64,000 bases of DNA from a virus. Made by a program: the position numbers and the translations under genes. The notes under the pieces are model-generated. The model was given only the letters and a program-made list of their open reading frames with translations, did no database searches and was not told where the DNA came from. Shown piece by piece: positions 1 to 7,932 of this stretch; position 1 is the stretch's first letter, and the number at the start of each line of letters is the position of its first letter. The stretch spans positions 1 to 64,000 of IMG/VR virus record IMGVR_UViG_3300017917_004176. One strand, given 5' to 3'.

Positions 1-228
1 TGGAAAATATGACAGAAAACTGGAAATATTTTCCAGAAAATAGGGTTTCCAATTTTTTCCAGAAAAATTGGAAGAAACTTCCAGTGGGGTCTGTCAAATT
101 TTTGTATAGGTGGCAACCCTATCAAAAAATTGTATAGGTTAAAAAAAATTAAAAATAATACTTGCAATTTATTTCATTATCGTTTATTATAATAATGTAA
201 GATAAATAAAAAAAAGGTGGTTGTTCAA

Positions 229-525
229 ATGTTGGAATTAAAAAATGTAAATGGTGTTACTTATGATTATGACTTCGATTTGAAGTCAGAAATCTTGTCA
301 GAAAAATTGGTAGATATGTACCAAATTGGTTTTGCACAAGATTATGGAATTACCCTTCAAGATGCAGAAAAAATGTTTCTTGATTATCAGGCTCTATCTA
401 CAAAACAATTGCTTGTGCAGTTGCAGTCACTTGGTTACCTTTCAAATGAAGGCTCTGAAAATCGTGACTACGATTTAGAAATTGAAATGGTAATGTGCAT
501 ACTACTTAACGAACGCGTTAGGTAG
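229..525 (+). CDS. hypothetical early protein (acidic)
   Basis: ORF with AAGGTGG RBS; TTGCAA/TATTAT promoter upstream. Confidence 0.75.
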   Translation: MLELKNVNGVTYDYDFDLKSEILSEKLVDMYQIGFAQDYGITLQDAEKMFLDYQALSTKQLLVQLQSLGYLSNEGSENRDYDLEIEMVMCILLNERVR

Positions 526-559
526 TATCACAAAAAAAATATAAAAGGTGGAATAAAAA

Positions 560-739
560 ATGAGATACGAATTTGGAATGGAATTGAATGAAATGGAAAT
601 AGCAGACTTAATGAATGAATACTCTGAACTTGAAATGGCAAGAGAATACTACGCTGACGACTATTCAGAACAAGATTTTAATATAGCAGAACGAGCACTT
701 TTTCAAAGGGCGGCAGAACTTCAAGCAAGAATAAGATAA
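560..739 (+). CDS. 59-aa acidic hypothetical protein (MRYEFGMELNEME...), not in ORF track
   Basis: AAGGTGG RBS, ATG at 560, TAA ending 739, followed by hairpin 742-763. Confidence 0.7.
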   Translation: MRYEFGMELNEMEIADLMNEYSELEMAREYYADDYSEQDFNIAERALFQRAAELQARIR

Positions 740-815
740 CAGGAAGGGCTTTACAGCCCTTCCATATATTTCCAAAATAACGAAAAATTTCGTTGCTAAA
801 ATCTTCAAAAAATGC

Positions 816-889
816 TTGACATTTTTTGCCATTCGCACGCGAATGGCAAGTTTGATGCGAATTTTACCACGAAAAATTGCATATGTCAA
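816..889. repeat. TTGACA-palindrome element 1 plus antisense sigma-A promoter
   Basis: TTGACA 816, palindrome ttgccattcgc-ac-gcgaatggcaa 826-849, minus-strand TTGACA-17-TAAAAT 889-861. Confidence 0.8.
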
Positions 890-996
890 GAGTTTTTTTC
901 AAATAATTTTTTTATTTTTTCCCAAAAAAAGTATTGCTTTTTTGCTTGTATTCTTGTATTATTAAAGTATCAAATAAACCAAAGGGGTTATGAAAA

Positions 997-1269
997 ATGA
1001 AAAGAGAAACTATGATGAATTGGATTGCAAGTGTTGATGAAATGGCGGCTACTTGGTCTCAAAAAGAATTGGAGTTTGAAATGAACAAACCAAAAACTTT
1101 TGACCCAGAAATCGTTGATGACTTAATCGACACTATACTCGACTACTGCATAGAAAATGCAAAAAATCGTACTCTGTCTCACCCACACTCTTGGGAACTT
1201 ATGAGACTTATGGGAGTACCACAACAAATCATTGATGATGAGGAGTTGGGAGACTTTCCTATCAGATAA
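997..1269 (+). CDS. hypothetical early protein
   Basis: ORF, AGGGG RBS, own promoter and terminator. Confidence 0.75.
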   Translation: MKRETMMNWIASVDEMAATWSQKELEFEMNKPKTFDPEIVDDLIDTILDYCIENAKNRTLSHPHSWELMRLMGVPQQIIDDEELGDFPIR

Positions 1270-1290
1270 AAAAGCCGAAAGGCTTTTTTT
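1268..1290. terminator. bidirectional intrinsic terminator
   Basis: A-tract-GCC-GAAA-GGC-T-tract; near-identical copies at 1695-1720, 2070-2092, 5184-5210. Confidence 0.8.
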
Positions 1291-1299
1291 ATTTTATAA

Positions 1300-1377
1300 T
1301 TGACAAACGCTCGGGGCACGCGAGATCGCGTGCTATTTTTGATGAGAAATTATACGCGAAAAATTAGAGTATGTCAA
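1300..1377. repeat. TTGACA-palindrome element 2 plus antisense promoter
   Basis: gcacgcga-ga-tcgcgtgc 1316-1333; minus-strand TTGACA-17-TATAAT 1377-1349. Confidence 0.8.
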
Positions 1378-1483
1378 GAGTTTTTTTAAAAAATTTTTTT
1401 TAATTTTCCTATAATTTATAGTTGCTTTTTTTGTAGTAGTCATGTATTATAATAGTATAACAAGCAAAGGGAGACGATAAACA

Positions 1484-1699
1484 ATGACACAAAAAACGCG
1501 CTACGAGGTAAACTTTGAGGGGTTGCATTTTGAACACGAAGTAGGCACTCATTATATATGGGTGCGCGAGGTTGGAAAGGGTCCAGATAGCGAGGCTATC
1601 GACTGCATGTCGTTTCAGTGGGAAAAAAATCAAACTGAATTAACTCGACCTGAATTTCTTTCTAGGGTGCTTCGCTACAATGCCGAACTACTAAAATAA
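1484..1699 (+). CDS. hypothetical early protein
   Basis: ORF, GGGAG RBS, promoter and terminator. Confidence 0.75.
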   Translation: MTQKTRYEVNFEGLHFEHEVGTHYIWVREVGKGPDSEAIDCMSFQWEKNQTELTRPEFLSRVLRYNAELLK

Positions 1700-1729
1700 G
1701 CCGAAAGGCTTATTTTTTTTATCGTTCGA

Positions 1730-1792
1730 GCCTCTCGCGATCGAGAGGCATTTTTGACATAAAATTATACGCGAAAAAATGCGAAATGTCAA
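1730..1792. repeat. palindrome element 3 plus antisense promoter
   Basis: gcctctcg-cgat-cgagaggc 1730-1749; minus-strand TTGACA-17-TATAAT 1792-1764. Confidence 0.8.
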
Positions 1793-1899
1793 TAGTTTTT
1801 TTTGAATGTTTTTTTAATTTTTCCCTAAATTATTTATTGACTTTTTTTACTCTTTTATGTATTATAATAGTATAAATAAAAAAAAGGTGGTTTTCAAAA

Positions 1900-2070
1900 A
1901 TGTTAAAATCCGAGTTTGTTGTCCAAGTTTCAAATGACCTTATTATTGTGACTGATTTAGTCACAGGTGAGCGCTGGGAAACTTCTCACGAGTACCTTGC
2001 CGATATTATGCAAGTCTTGACTGACCGCGTTAAATACGCAGTCGAAGACTTCGCAGAAAAACAAGAATAA
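1900..2070 (+). CDS. 56-aa hypothetical protein (MLKSEFVVQVSND...), not in ORF track
   Basis: AAGGTGG RBS, TTGACT promoter, terminator directly after the stop. Confidence 0.7.
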   Translation: MLKSEFVVQVSNDLIIVTDLVTGERWETSHEYLADIMQVLTDRVKYAVEDFAEKQE

Positions 2071-2110
2071 AAAAAGCCGAAAGGCTTTTTTTATTTTACA
2101 AAAAAAAACC

Positions 2111-2187
2111 TTGACATTTTTTTTGCCTTGCGCTGGCGCAAGGTTTTTTTGATGCAAAATTATACACGAAAAAATAAGAGTTGTCAA
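2111..2187. repeat. TTGACA-palindrome element 4 plus antisense promoter
   Basis: ccttgcgc-tg-gcgcaagg 2126-2143; minus-strand TTGACA-17-TATAAT 2187-2159. Confidence 0.8.
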
Positions 2188-2290
2188 TAGTTTTTTGAAA
2201 AAATTTTTTTATTTTTCCTATAATTTTTTATTGACTTTTTATTGATAATTTGAGATGATAATAATACCAAAAGAAAAGGAAGTGTTAAAA

Positions 2291-2764
2291 ATGAAGGAAA
2301 TGATTTTTATTGATTTAGATGATACTATCGCGGAATTTGAACTCGGGGGTGGCAAAGAAAAAATGCACGAACAAGGTTTTTTTAGAAACTTGGAAATGAA
2401 ACACCAAGCAAAAAATACCATTCATTTTTTGAAATATGTATATGACGGAAATATCCATATTCTCTCAATGTGTATTGATACACCATATTGCAAAACTGAA
2501 AAAATGGAATGGGTACGCGAACACTTGCCATTTATCAAAAAAGAAAATATCCATTTGATTATGGGAATATCAAAAGCCGATTATGTACTAGAAAAGTTTA
2601 ATCTTTCTACTCTTGAAAATCTTACTCTAATTGATGACTATAAAGTCAATTTAATAGAGTGGCAAAATAAAGGTGGTCGCGCTATCAAGTTTGGAAAAAC
2701 AATAAAACAAAATCGCCCATACGAACAAATGAATGATTGGTGGATAGGCTTGAACCTTGTATAA
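2291..2764 (+). CDS. HAD-superfamily 5'(3')-deoxyribonucleotidase (NT5C-like)
   Basis: FIDLDDTIA motif I, K-x-x-W, LIDD motif IV. Confidence 0.8.
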   Translation: MKEMIFIDLDDTIAEFELGGGKEKMHEQGFFRNLEMKHQAKNTIHFLKYVYDGNIHILSMCIDTPYCKTEKMEWVREHLPFIKKENIHLIMGISKADYVLEKFNLSTLENLTLIDDYKVNLIEWQNKGGRAIKFGKTIKQNRPYEQMNDWWIGLNLV

Positions 2765-2795
2765 GGTTCAAGTTTTTTTTATGCAAAAAAAACAC

Positions 2796-2827
2796 TTGAC
2801 AATTTTTTGCCAGTCGCAGGCGACTGG
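2796..2827. repeat. TTGACA-palindrome element 5
   Basis: TTGACA 2796; ccagtcgc-ag-gcgactgg 2810-2827. Confidence 0.8.
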
Positions 2828-3044
2828 AAAAATTTGGAAAAAATGGTAATTCCAATTTCTACCAGTCCAAAAAATTACCATTTTTTTCCAAAAAATTTTT
2901 TTCCCAAAAATTTCCAGGAACCCCCCTTTAAAAATTTGAATGGGTGGTAACCTATACAAAAATTTGGATAGGTGTGTTTTTTGCGCTTGACTTTTTTTTG
3001 CTTGGGGTGTTATACTTATAGTAGACAAAAAAGGGGGTGTAAAC

Positions 3045-3488
3045 ATGAAAACAAAAATAAGCATAAGCAACGCAACACAAGAGCAACGCAAAATTATAAA
3101 GCGCGTAACTGAATTTGTAGCGCAAGAACTTTTTCCGCGCCATCATATCTATATACAATATACCATGAAAAACTTGGATGCCTATGGGTACTGCATATAT
3201 ACATATGACAATATAAAACCAAGACACTTTACCATTGAATTGGAAAAAAACATGAATAAAAAACTTTTGACTGAAACTATAATACACGAACTAATTCATG
3301 TAAATCAAATGGCGCGTGAAATCTTAAAAGATAGATATGGTATCAATGAAAAAGAGCAATTTGTAGAATTGAAAAAAATATGGAAAGATAAAGATTATAC
3401 AAGCGCGCCTTATTCAAGGCAACCTTGGGAACGACAAGCATATCGAATGGAAAAAAAATTAATGAAAAAATGGAGTGTGATGAAATGA
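3045..3488 (+). CDS. HEXXH zinc metallopeptidase-like phage protein (copy A)
   Basis: ETIIHELIH and QPWERQAY motifs; paralogue of 5437..5874. Confidence 0.7.
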   Translation: MKTKISISNATQEQRKIIKRVTEFVAQELFPRHHIYIQYTMKNLDAYGYCIYTYDNIKPRHFTIELEKNMNKKLLTETIIHELIHVNQMAREILKDRYGINEKEQFVELKKIWKDKDYTSAPYSRQPWERQAYRMEKKLMKKWSVMK

Positions 3489-4180
3489 GAAAAAATTATT
3501 TTTTGTTAGTTGATACTGAAACTGCGGGAACATTTGCTGAAAAATGGGTATATGATATTGGTATAGTTGTTACTGATAGAAAAGGCAACATTCAAAAGCA
3601 ATACGCATTTTTAGTAAAAGAAATTTGGGAAAATAAAAAAGCAATGAATAGCGCGTACTATCGTGAAAAAATACCTACATATACAAAAGAAATAAAAAGT
3701 AAAAATTATGAAATAAAAAACTTTGCCGATATTCTAGAAACAATTTATTCACTAATTGATGAATATCAAATAAAAACAATAACTGCCTACAATTTAGTTT
3801 TTGACTTAGATGCCCTACAAAAAACAAGCCAAGCAATTTTAGGCGAAACGCACAAGTTTGAAAAATTAAAAAAATTGTGTATATGGTCGTTTGCTTGTGA
3901 AGTACTTTACACGCAAAAAACTTATAAAAAAATTGCAACACAACAAAATTGGTTAAAAGAAAATACAAATAATTTAATGACTAGCGCCGAAGTTGGTTAT
4001 AGATACATTACAAAAAATTATGACTTTATCGAGGAACACAAAGGCATACATGACGCGCTAATCGAAAATAAAATACTAGCAAAATGTTTTGCGCAAAACA
4101 AAAAACATATTTCAGGTGTGATAAGTCACCCATGGAAAATACCAAATGGAAAAATGAAACTAGCCAAAAAAAATGGCTAG
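3485..4180 (+). CDS. DEDDh 3'-5' exonuclease family protein (copy A)
   Basis: VDTET, AYNLVFD, EEHKGIHD motifs; ATGA overlap with upstream gene. Confidence 0.75.
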   Translation: MRKNYFLLVDTETAGTFAEKWVYDIGIVVTDRKGNIQKQYAFLVKEIWENKKAMNSAYYREKIPTYTKEIKSKNYEIKNFADILETIYSLIDEYQIKTITAYNLVFDLDALQKTSQAILGETHKFEKLKKLCIWSFACEVLYTQKTYKKIATQQNWLKENTNNLMTSAEVGYRYITKNYDFIEEHKGIHDALIENKILAKCFAQNKKHISGVISHPWKIPNGKMKLAKKNG

Positions 4181-4187
4181 TTTTTTC

Positions 4188-4235
4188 TTGACATCGTTCT
4201 TGCCCTTCGAGATCGAAGGGCATGTTTGTTGTCAA
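4188..4235. repeat. TTGACA-palindrome-TGTCAA element 6
   Basis: tgcccttcga-ga-tcgaagggca centred between TTGACA 4188 and TGTCAA 4230. Confidence 0.8.
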
Positions 4236-4358
4236 TAGTTTTTTGCAATTTTTTACAACCCATACAAAAAATTGAATAAGTCTATTTTTTTATCCCAAAA
4301 TGCTTGACTATGTATTTTTTTTAGTGTATTATTAGAGTATGAAAAGGAAGTGATATTT

Positions 4359-4463
4359 ATGCAAAAAGTTTTGGATATTCTTAACCCAAAATACACAAAT
4401 GATGAAACTATTAAAATGGCTTTTCGTTGTGTAAACTTGGCAATTCAAATGTTGAGTAGATAA
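4359..4463 (+). CDS. 34-aa micropeptide (copy A)
   Basis: MQKVLDILNPKYTNDETIKMAFRCVNLAIQMLSR; RBS and promoter; paralogue at 6805. Confidence 0.6.
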   Translation: MQKVLDILNPKYTNDETIKMAFRCVNLAIQMLSR

Positions 4464-4498
4464 AAAAATCTACTCAACAAAAAAAGGTGGTGGCAAAA

Positions 4499-4750
4499 AT
4501 GTTTGACATTTTAGTTTTAATTGGTGGTTTAGTTGTTGCTTTTGGAACAATTCCACAAATTGAACAAATGGTTAGAACAAAATCAGTCAATGATATAAAT
4601 CTAACAAATGTTATTTTAACCCTAGTTGGTATAGTAATGATGATGACATATTCTATTCATTATAACTTAACATTTTTAATTTTAGCAGACTTTATAAACT
4701 TTGTTCTAGTCCTAGTAGTTTTAATTTTACGCTTGCACTATGCCAAATAA
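4499..4750 (+). CDS. PQ-loop / SemiSWEET-like small transporter
   Basis: three TM helices, IPQI...RTKSVNDIN motif, about 83 aa. Confidence 0.75.
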   Translation: MFDILVLIGGLVVAFGTIPQIEQMVRTKSVNDINLTNVILTLVGIVMMMTYSIHYNLTFLILADFINFVLVLVVLILRLHYAK

Positions 4751-4807
4751 TATGGTATAGTGTAAGAGTAAGGCAAATAAAAAAATCTAAAAAAAGGGGT
4801 GTTGTCT

Positions 4808-5188
4808 ATGATGACAAACAAACAAGTTTTTATTTCAGAAATTGAAAACTTAAAATCTCAATTATCTGAAAATGCTCAAAATTATTTTGAGCAAGTAGTA
4901 AAGGCAAAAAAAGTAAATCGCAAGGAAAAAGAAAAATCAGAAATCTTAAAATCTGAAATCTTAAAGTTCCTACAAGAAAACAAAAATAAAATGTTTTCTC
5001 GCGATGAAATTGCAAAATCACTTTTTGACAATGCCGATATTGATGAACAATATCTGCTAAATGATAAAAATGAAATTGCCTACAATTCCATTACTGCTTT
5101 TGCAAATCAACTCGCCGAACTTGGAACAATTTCCAAAATGGAAGTCAAGCAAGGCAAGACAAAAAAAGTCAAGTACTTTTTGAAATAA
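4808..5188 (+). CDS. putative winged-helix DNA-binding protein (copy A)
   Basis: basic; NSITAFANQL...G.I.K...KQGK.K.VKY; paralogues at 6979 and 8382. Confidence 0.6.
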   Translation: MMTNKQVFISEIENLKSQLSENAQNYFEQVVKAKKVNRKEKEKSEILKSEILKFLQENKNKMFSRDEIAKSLFDNADIDEQYLLNDKNEIAYNSITAFANQLAELGTISKMEVKQGKTKKVKYFLK

Positions 5189-5221
5189 GCCGAAGGGCTT
5201 ATTTTTTTTTGTTAAGGGTAC

Positions 5222-5256
5222 TTGACAAAACGCCCGAGCCCTTCGAGCTCGAAGGG
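5222..5256. repeat. TTGACA-palindrome element 7
   Basis: cccttcga-gc-tcgaaggg 5239-5256. Confidence 0.8.
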
Positions 5257-5436
5257 AGTTTTTGGTAAAGATGGTAATTTCTGGAAAAATTGGAAGCCCA
5301 ATCTTTCCATTTTTTACCTTATCACTTTTTCCCAAAAATGTCAAGTCTTACCCATACAAAAAATTGATAGGGTTATGCTTGACAACCCTTGACAAAAATG
5401 AGATACTAGATAGAGATAAAAGAAAGGAGATTTTTT

Positions 5437-5874
5437 ATGCGTACAAAAATAGCAATTTATGGGGCTACAAAAGAGCAAAGAAAAATTGTTCAAGGCGTTG
5501 TACAATTTATGGTAAGTGAATTGTTTCCACGCTATCAAGTAAGAATTGATTTTTATTTCAAAACACTTGACGGGGTAATGGGATATTGTGATTATAAATA
5601 CGATAATTATAAACCTCGTGATTTTCAAATTGAAATAGAAAAAACTTTATCGGATAATTTGCTAGTAGAAACTATCATTCATGAAATGATACATATTGAG
5701 CAAATGGTTACAGAAAAATTAAAATATCGATATGGTAAGATTTTTGACTTGAAACAATTTTGGTATGATAGAGATTTTTCAAATGCAGAATACGATAAGC
5801 AACCTTGGGAAAAAGACGCGTATAAAAGAGAAGTTGTTTATATAAAAAAACTTGCCAAAGTATTAAAAGTTTGA
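5437..5874 (+). CDS. HEXXH zinc metallopeptidase-like phage protein (copy B)
   Basis: ETIIHEMIH, QPWEKDAY. Confidence 0.7.
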   Translation: MRTKIAIYGATKEQRKIVQGVVQFMVSELFPRYQVRIDFYFKTLDGVMGYCDYKYDNYKPRDFQIEIEKTLSDNLLVETIIHEMIHIEQMVTEKLKYRYGKIFDLKQFWYDRDFSNAEYDKQPWEKDAYKREVVYIKKLAKVLKV

Positions 5875-5919
5875 TAAGATTAAAGAGTAATAAAATTATA
5901 AAATTGGAGATGATTAAAA

Positions 5920-6603
5920 ATGAAAAATTATTTTTTGCTAGTAGATGTTGAAACAACGGGGGGCTTTTCTGAAAAATTGATTTACGATATTGGAATATGT
6001 GTAACTGATAGAAAAGGAAACATTCAAGAAAAATACGCGTTTTTAATTGATGAGATTTGGAACGATAAAGACTTAATGAGCAATGCGTATTATAAAGAAA
6101 AAGTTCCTACTTATCAAGTTGATATTGATAACAAAACTTATGAAATAAAAACTTTTCTTGAAGTCTTAAATATCATGTACGCGTTAATTGATAAGTACAA
6201 AGTAAAAACAATATCGGCTTATAACTTAATGTTTGATTTAGACGCGTTGAAAAAAACAAGCGAAAAACTTTTACAAGAAAAACACGATTTTGAAAAATTA
6301 CAAAAATTATGTATATGGTCATTCGCTTGTGAAGTTCTTTATACTCAAAAAACTTATCAAAAAATAGCAGTCAAACAAAATTGGGTAAAAGAAAAAACTC
6401 AAAACTTATTGACGAATGCAGAAGTTGGCTATAAATACATAACTAAAAATTATGATTTTATAGAGCAACATAAAGGCTATCACGATATGATGATAGAAAA
6501 TGAAATACTTGCTAAATGCTTTTCACAAAACAAAAAACATCTATCGGGAATGCTTGTCCACCCTTGGAAAATACCAAATAAAACTAGGCTAAAAAATGCC
6601 TAG
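5920..6603 (+). CDS. DEDDh 3'-5' exonuclease family protein (copy B)
   Basis: VDVET, AYNLMFD, EQHKGYHD. Confidence 0.75.
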   Translation: MKNYFLLVDVETTGGFSEKLIYDIGICVTDRKGNIQEKYAFLIDEIWNDKDLMSNAYYKEKVPTYQVDIDNKTYEIKTFLEVLNIMYALIDKYKVKTISAYNLMFDLDALKKTSEKLLQEKHDFEKLQKLCIWSFACEVLYTQKTYQKIAVKQNWVKEKTQNLLTNAEVGYKYITKNYDFIEQHKGYHDMMIENEILAKCFSQNKKHLSGMLVHPWKIPNKTRLKNA

Positions 6604-6619
6604 TTTTTTTGTTTGTCTA

Positions 6620-6669
6620 TTGACAAACGCCCTTGCCCTTCGAATTCGAAGGGGAAGTTTAATTGTCAA
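6620..6669. repeat. TTGACA-palindrome-TGTCAA element 8
   Basis: cccttcgaattcgaaggg 6636-6653 centred between TTGACA 6620 and TGTCAA 6664. Confidence 0.8.
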
Positions 6670-6804
6670 GACAATTTCACAATTTTTTTGAACCCATACA
6701 ATTTTTTGAATAACCCTATTTTTTTTCCTAAAAATACTTGCTTTTATTATTGTATAGTGTATAATAAGAGTGTAAGGAAAATTGATATAAAGAAGGTGTT
6801 TTAT

Positions 6805-6906
6805 GTGGTTAAGGTTGTTTACAGAGTTTTACCTAAATTGGCTGATGAGGAAGTAATTAAACTTGCTATCCGAATTATCAATTTGGCTTTGACAAGCATG
6901 AGATAA
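6805..6906 (+). CDS. 33-aa micropeptide (copy B)
   Basis: GTG start after AAGGTG; ...DEEVIKLAIRIINLALTSMR aligns with the 4359 peptide. Confidence 0.55.
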   Translation: MVKVVYRVLPKLADEEVIKLAIRIINLALTSMR

Positions 6907-6978
6907 AAAATCATGCTTGACAAATCAAAAAAAATCATGGTATAATAAAGTATACCAAAAAAAAAGGAGATGTTTTTT

Positions 6979-7359
6979 ATGATGACACAAAAACAAATGT
7001 TCATCAAAGAAGTTGAAATGTTGAGAAACCAACTTTCACAGGAAGGTCAAACCTATTTTGACCAAGTAGTAAAAGCGAAAAAAGTCAATCGCAAAGAGCA
7101 AGAAAAAGCAACTGCTATGAAGTCTGCTATTCTTGAAGTATTGACTGCTAGAAAAGGTCAGTTTCTAAATCGTGTTGAGATTATGTCTCAAATCGAAAAA
7201 CTTGACCTAGTATCGCCAGAGTTTTTGTACAATGATAAAGATGAATTATCATTCAACTCTGTAACTGCTTTTGCTAATCAGTTAGTAGAGCAAGGCAAAC
7301 TTGACAAGCAAGAAGTCAAGCAAGGCAAAGTCAAAACTATCAAGTATCGACTAGTCTAA
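6979..7359 (+). CDS. putative winged-helix DNA-binding protein (copy B)
   Basis: paralogue of 4808; TTGACA-17-TATAAT promoter upstream. Confidence 0.6.
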   Translation: MMTQKQMFIKEVEMLRNQLSQEGQTYFDQVVKAKKVNRKEQEKATAMKSAILEVLTARKGQFLNRVEIMSQIEKLDLVSPEFLYNDKDELSFNSVTAFANQLVEQGKLDKQEVKQGKVKTIKYRLV

Positions 7360-7398
7360 AAAAAAAGGGGAAACCCTTTTTTTTTGCTTTGAAAAAAC

Positions 7399-7432
7399 TT
7401 GACAAACGCCCTTGCCTCTCGATTTCGAGAGG
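7399..7432. repeat. TTGACA-palindrome element 9
   Basis: cctctcga-tt-tcgagagg 7415-7432. Confidence 0.8.
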
Positions 7433-7502
7433 TTTTTGAATTTTCAGAATTGTCTGACAATTCAGAAACTTCCAAATTTTGGAAAATTTTCCAGTATTTT
7501 CT

Positions 7503-7840
7503 TTCCTGAATCCAGGACCCCCTCTATATACGAATTTAGATACCGCCCGCGCGCTTTCCAGCGGTTTTCCAGATTTTTCCAATTTTTCTAAAAATTGGAA
7601 TTTCCAAATTTTTCCAATTTTTCCATGAGGCCGATTCCTGGAAAAGGACCCGCCCTATATACGCAAATCAAACGGAGTCCGCTCGTAGTCCAGCGGTTTC
7701 CAGGATTTTCCAAATTTTCCAAAATTTTGGAATTTCCAAATTTTTCCATTTTTTCCAGAGGCGTAATTCCTGGAAACAGGAGGGGCCTATATAACCAAAT
7801 CACTCGGAAATCCGATCGCTCTCCATCGGTTATCACACCA
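7503..7840. repeat. about 2.5 copies of a 132-bp tandem repeat with phased TTTTCCA tracts
   Basis: ttcctg...agga...ctatata...ccagcggttt units start at 7503, 7635 and 7767. Confidence 0.8.
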
Positions 7841-7932
7841 GGAGCCAGCTGTCAAGTATTTACACGACTCCGATTTCTTTCCGCCCGACCGCCCCGCCCT
7901 TCTGGAAACACCACCCCCCCGCCTGACATCGC

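Noticed and set aside
665-5628. Minus-strand and overlapping ORFs in the early arm
   Set aside because: Shadows of plus-strand genes or intergenic A/T tracts; no RBS
816-7432. Palindrome array as a CRISPR array or integron attC cassettes
   Set aside because: Spacing is 0.4-1.4 kb and repeat sequences vary. There are no cas genes or integron integrase in the window, and no RYYYAAC/GTTRRRY ends or extrahelical bases.
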